From: Bdellovibrionales bacterium
GTDB lineage: Bacteria; Bdellovibrionota; Bdellovibrionia; Bdellovibrionales; DASUEL01
DNA: 34,430 nucleotides
NCBI GenBank assembly: GCA_050250255.1
Contig: JBFWOZ010000030.1
Span: 1-34,430, forward strand
Reading direction: 5' to 3'
Below are positions 34,088 to 34,430 of this stretch, one piece after another; the stretch's first letter is position 1, and each line of letters begins with the position of its first letter. Under the pieces are notes generated by a model, which worked only from the letters and a program-made list of their open reading frames with translations, did no database searches and was not told the origin of the DNA. Both the position numbers and the translations under genes were made by a program.

Positions 34088-34430
34088 TCACTGCGGAGGC
34101 AAAGGAGGTGACGTTGGTTGCGCAGCCGAAGGAGCCGCTATCACTGACACGGATGTTGGCGGCGTTAAAGGAGCACCCACGAGCGTAGAAACAATACGAG
34201 GCTCAGTCGCAGGGCTGATTCTAAACACCGTTAAAAGGATAATGAGGGCCCCTAAAAGCATGACGTAGAAACCAATCATGATCCATGCGATTTGAACTTC
34301 TTGAAGACCACAGGCCGCACCAATCAAAACTGAAAAAAGAATCGAAGCGTTGATGTTCTTCTGATCCAATTTCACACGGAACCGAACGAGAGCAAGAGCC
34401 GCCACGATCGCAAAAGCACGAACGATATTA
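34088..34430 (-). CDS. DUF4956-family membrane protein (5' part outside the window)
   Basis: Frame is open to the window end: NIVRAFAIVAALALVRFR...FSVLIGAACG, resembling the DUF4956 signature. Pro-rich tail. Confidence 0.7.
   Translation of the reverse strand, partial: NIVRAFAIVAALALVRFRVKLDQKNINASILFSVLIGAACGLQEVQIAWIMIGFYVMLLGALIILLTVFRISPATEPRIVSTLVGAPLTPPTSVSVIAAPSAAQPTSPPLPPQ

Overview
Chromosomal window, probably from a Bdellovibrionota (Bdellovibrio-like predator). This is inferred from the minimal ~990-aa PutA, the RxxAS-motif proteins, the HNH protein type and the sigma28-like promoters. 1-16.6 kb is a mosaic surface-glycan/LPS region: Wzy/WaaL-like, Wzz-like, methyl- and acetyltransferase, GT2 x2, GT4, GT-C, GT9 and a B12-type radical SAM, interrupted by a PEGA lipoprotein and a giant Cys-rich type IV pilin-like gene. 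16.6-19.3 kb is an accessory patch: HNH endonuclease with a structured 3' element, an orphan secreted protein, a truncated ORF6N gene and a VOC gene. 19.3-34.4 kb holds rfbC, FAH, putA, an RDD-rhomboid operon, a stand-alone Fis-type HTH, PAP2, trypsin, a candidate clan CD peptidase, a lipoprotein and a partial DUF4956 gene. The most striking non-coding signals are: (1) two copies of a ~90-bp REPIN-like hairpin (5085-5181, 27316-27403) with a conserved loop and 9 compensated stem changes; (2) a symmetric halo of C-ending codons around the first copy; (3) a recurring intergenic palindrome TGTCTCA-N3-TGAGACA, partly clustered near the Fis-like gene. No rRNA, tRNA, CRISPR array or transposase was recognised. 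All family calls come from motif recognition by eye, not database searches.
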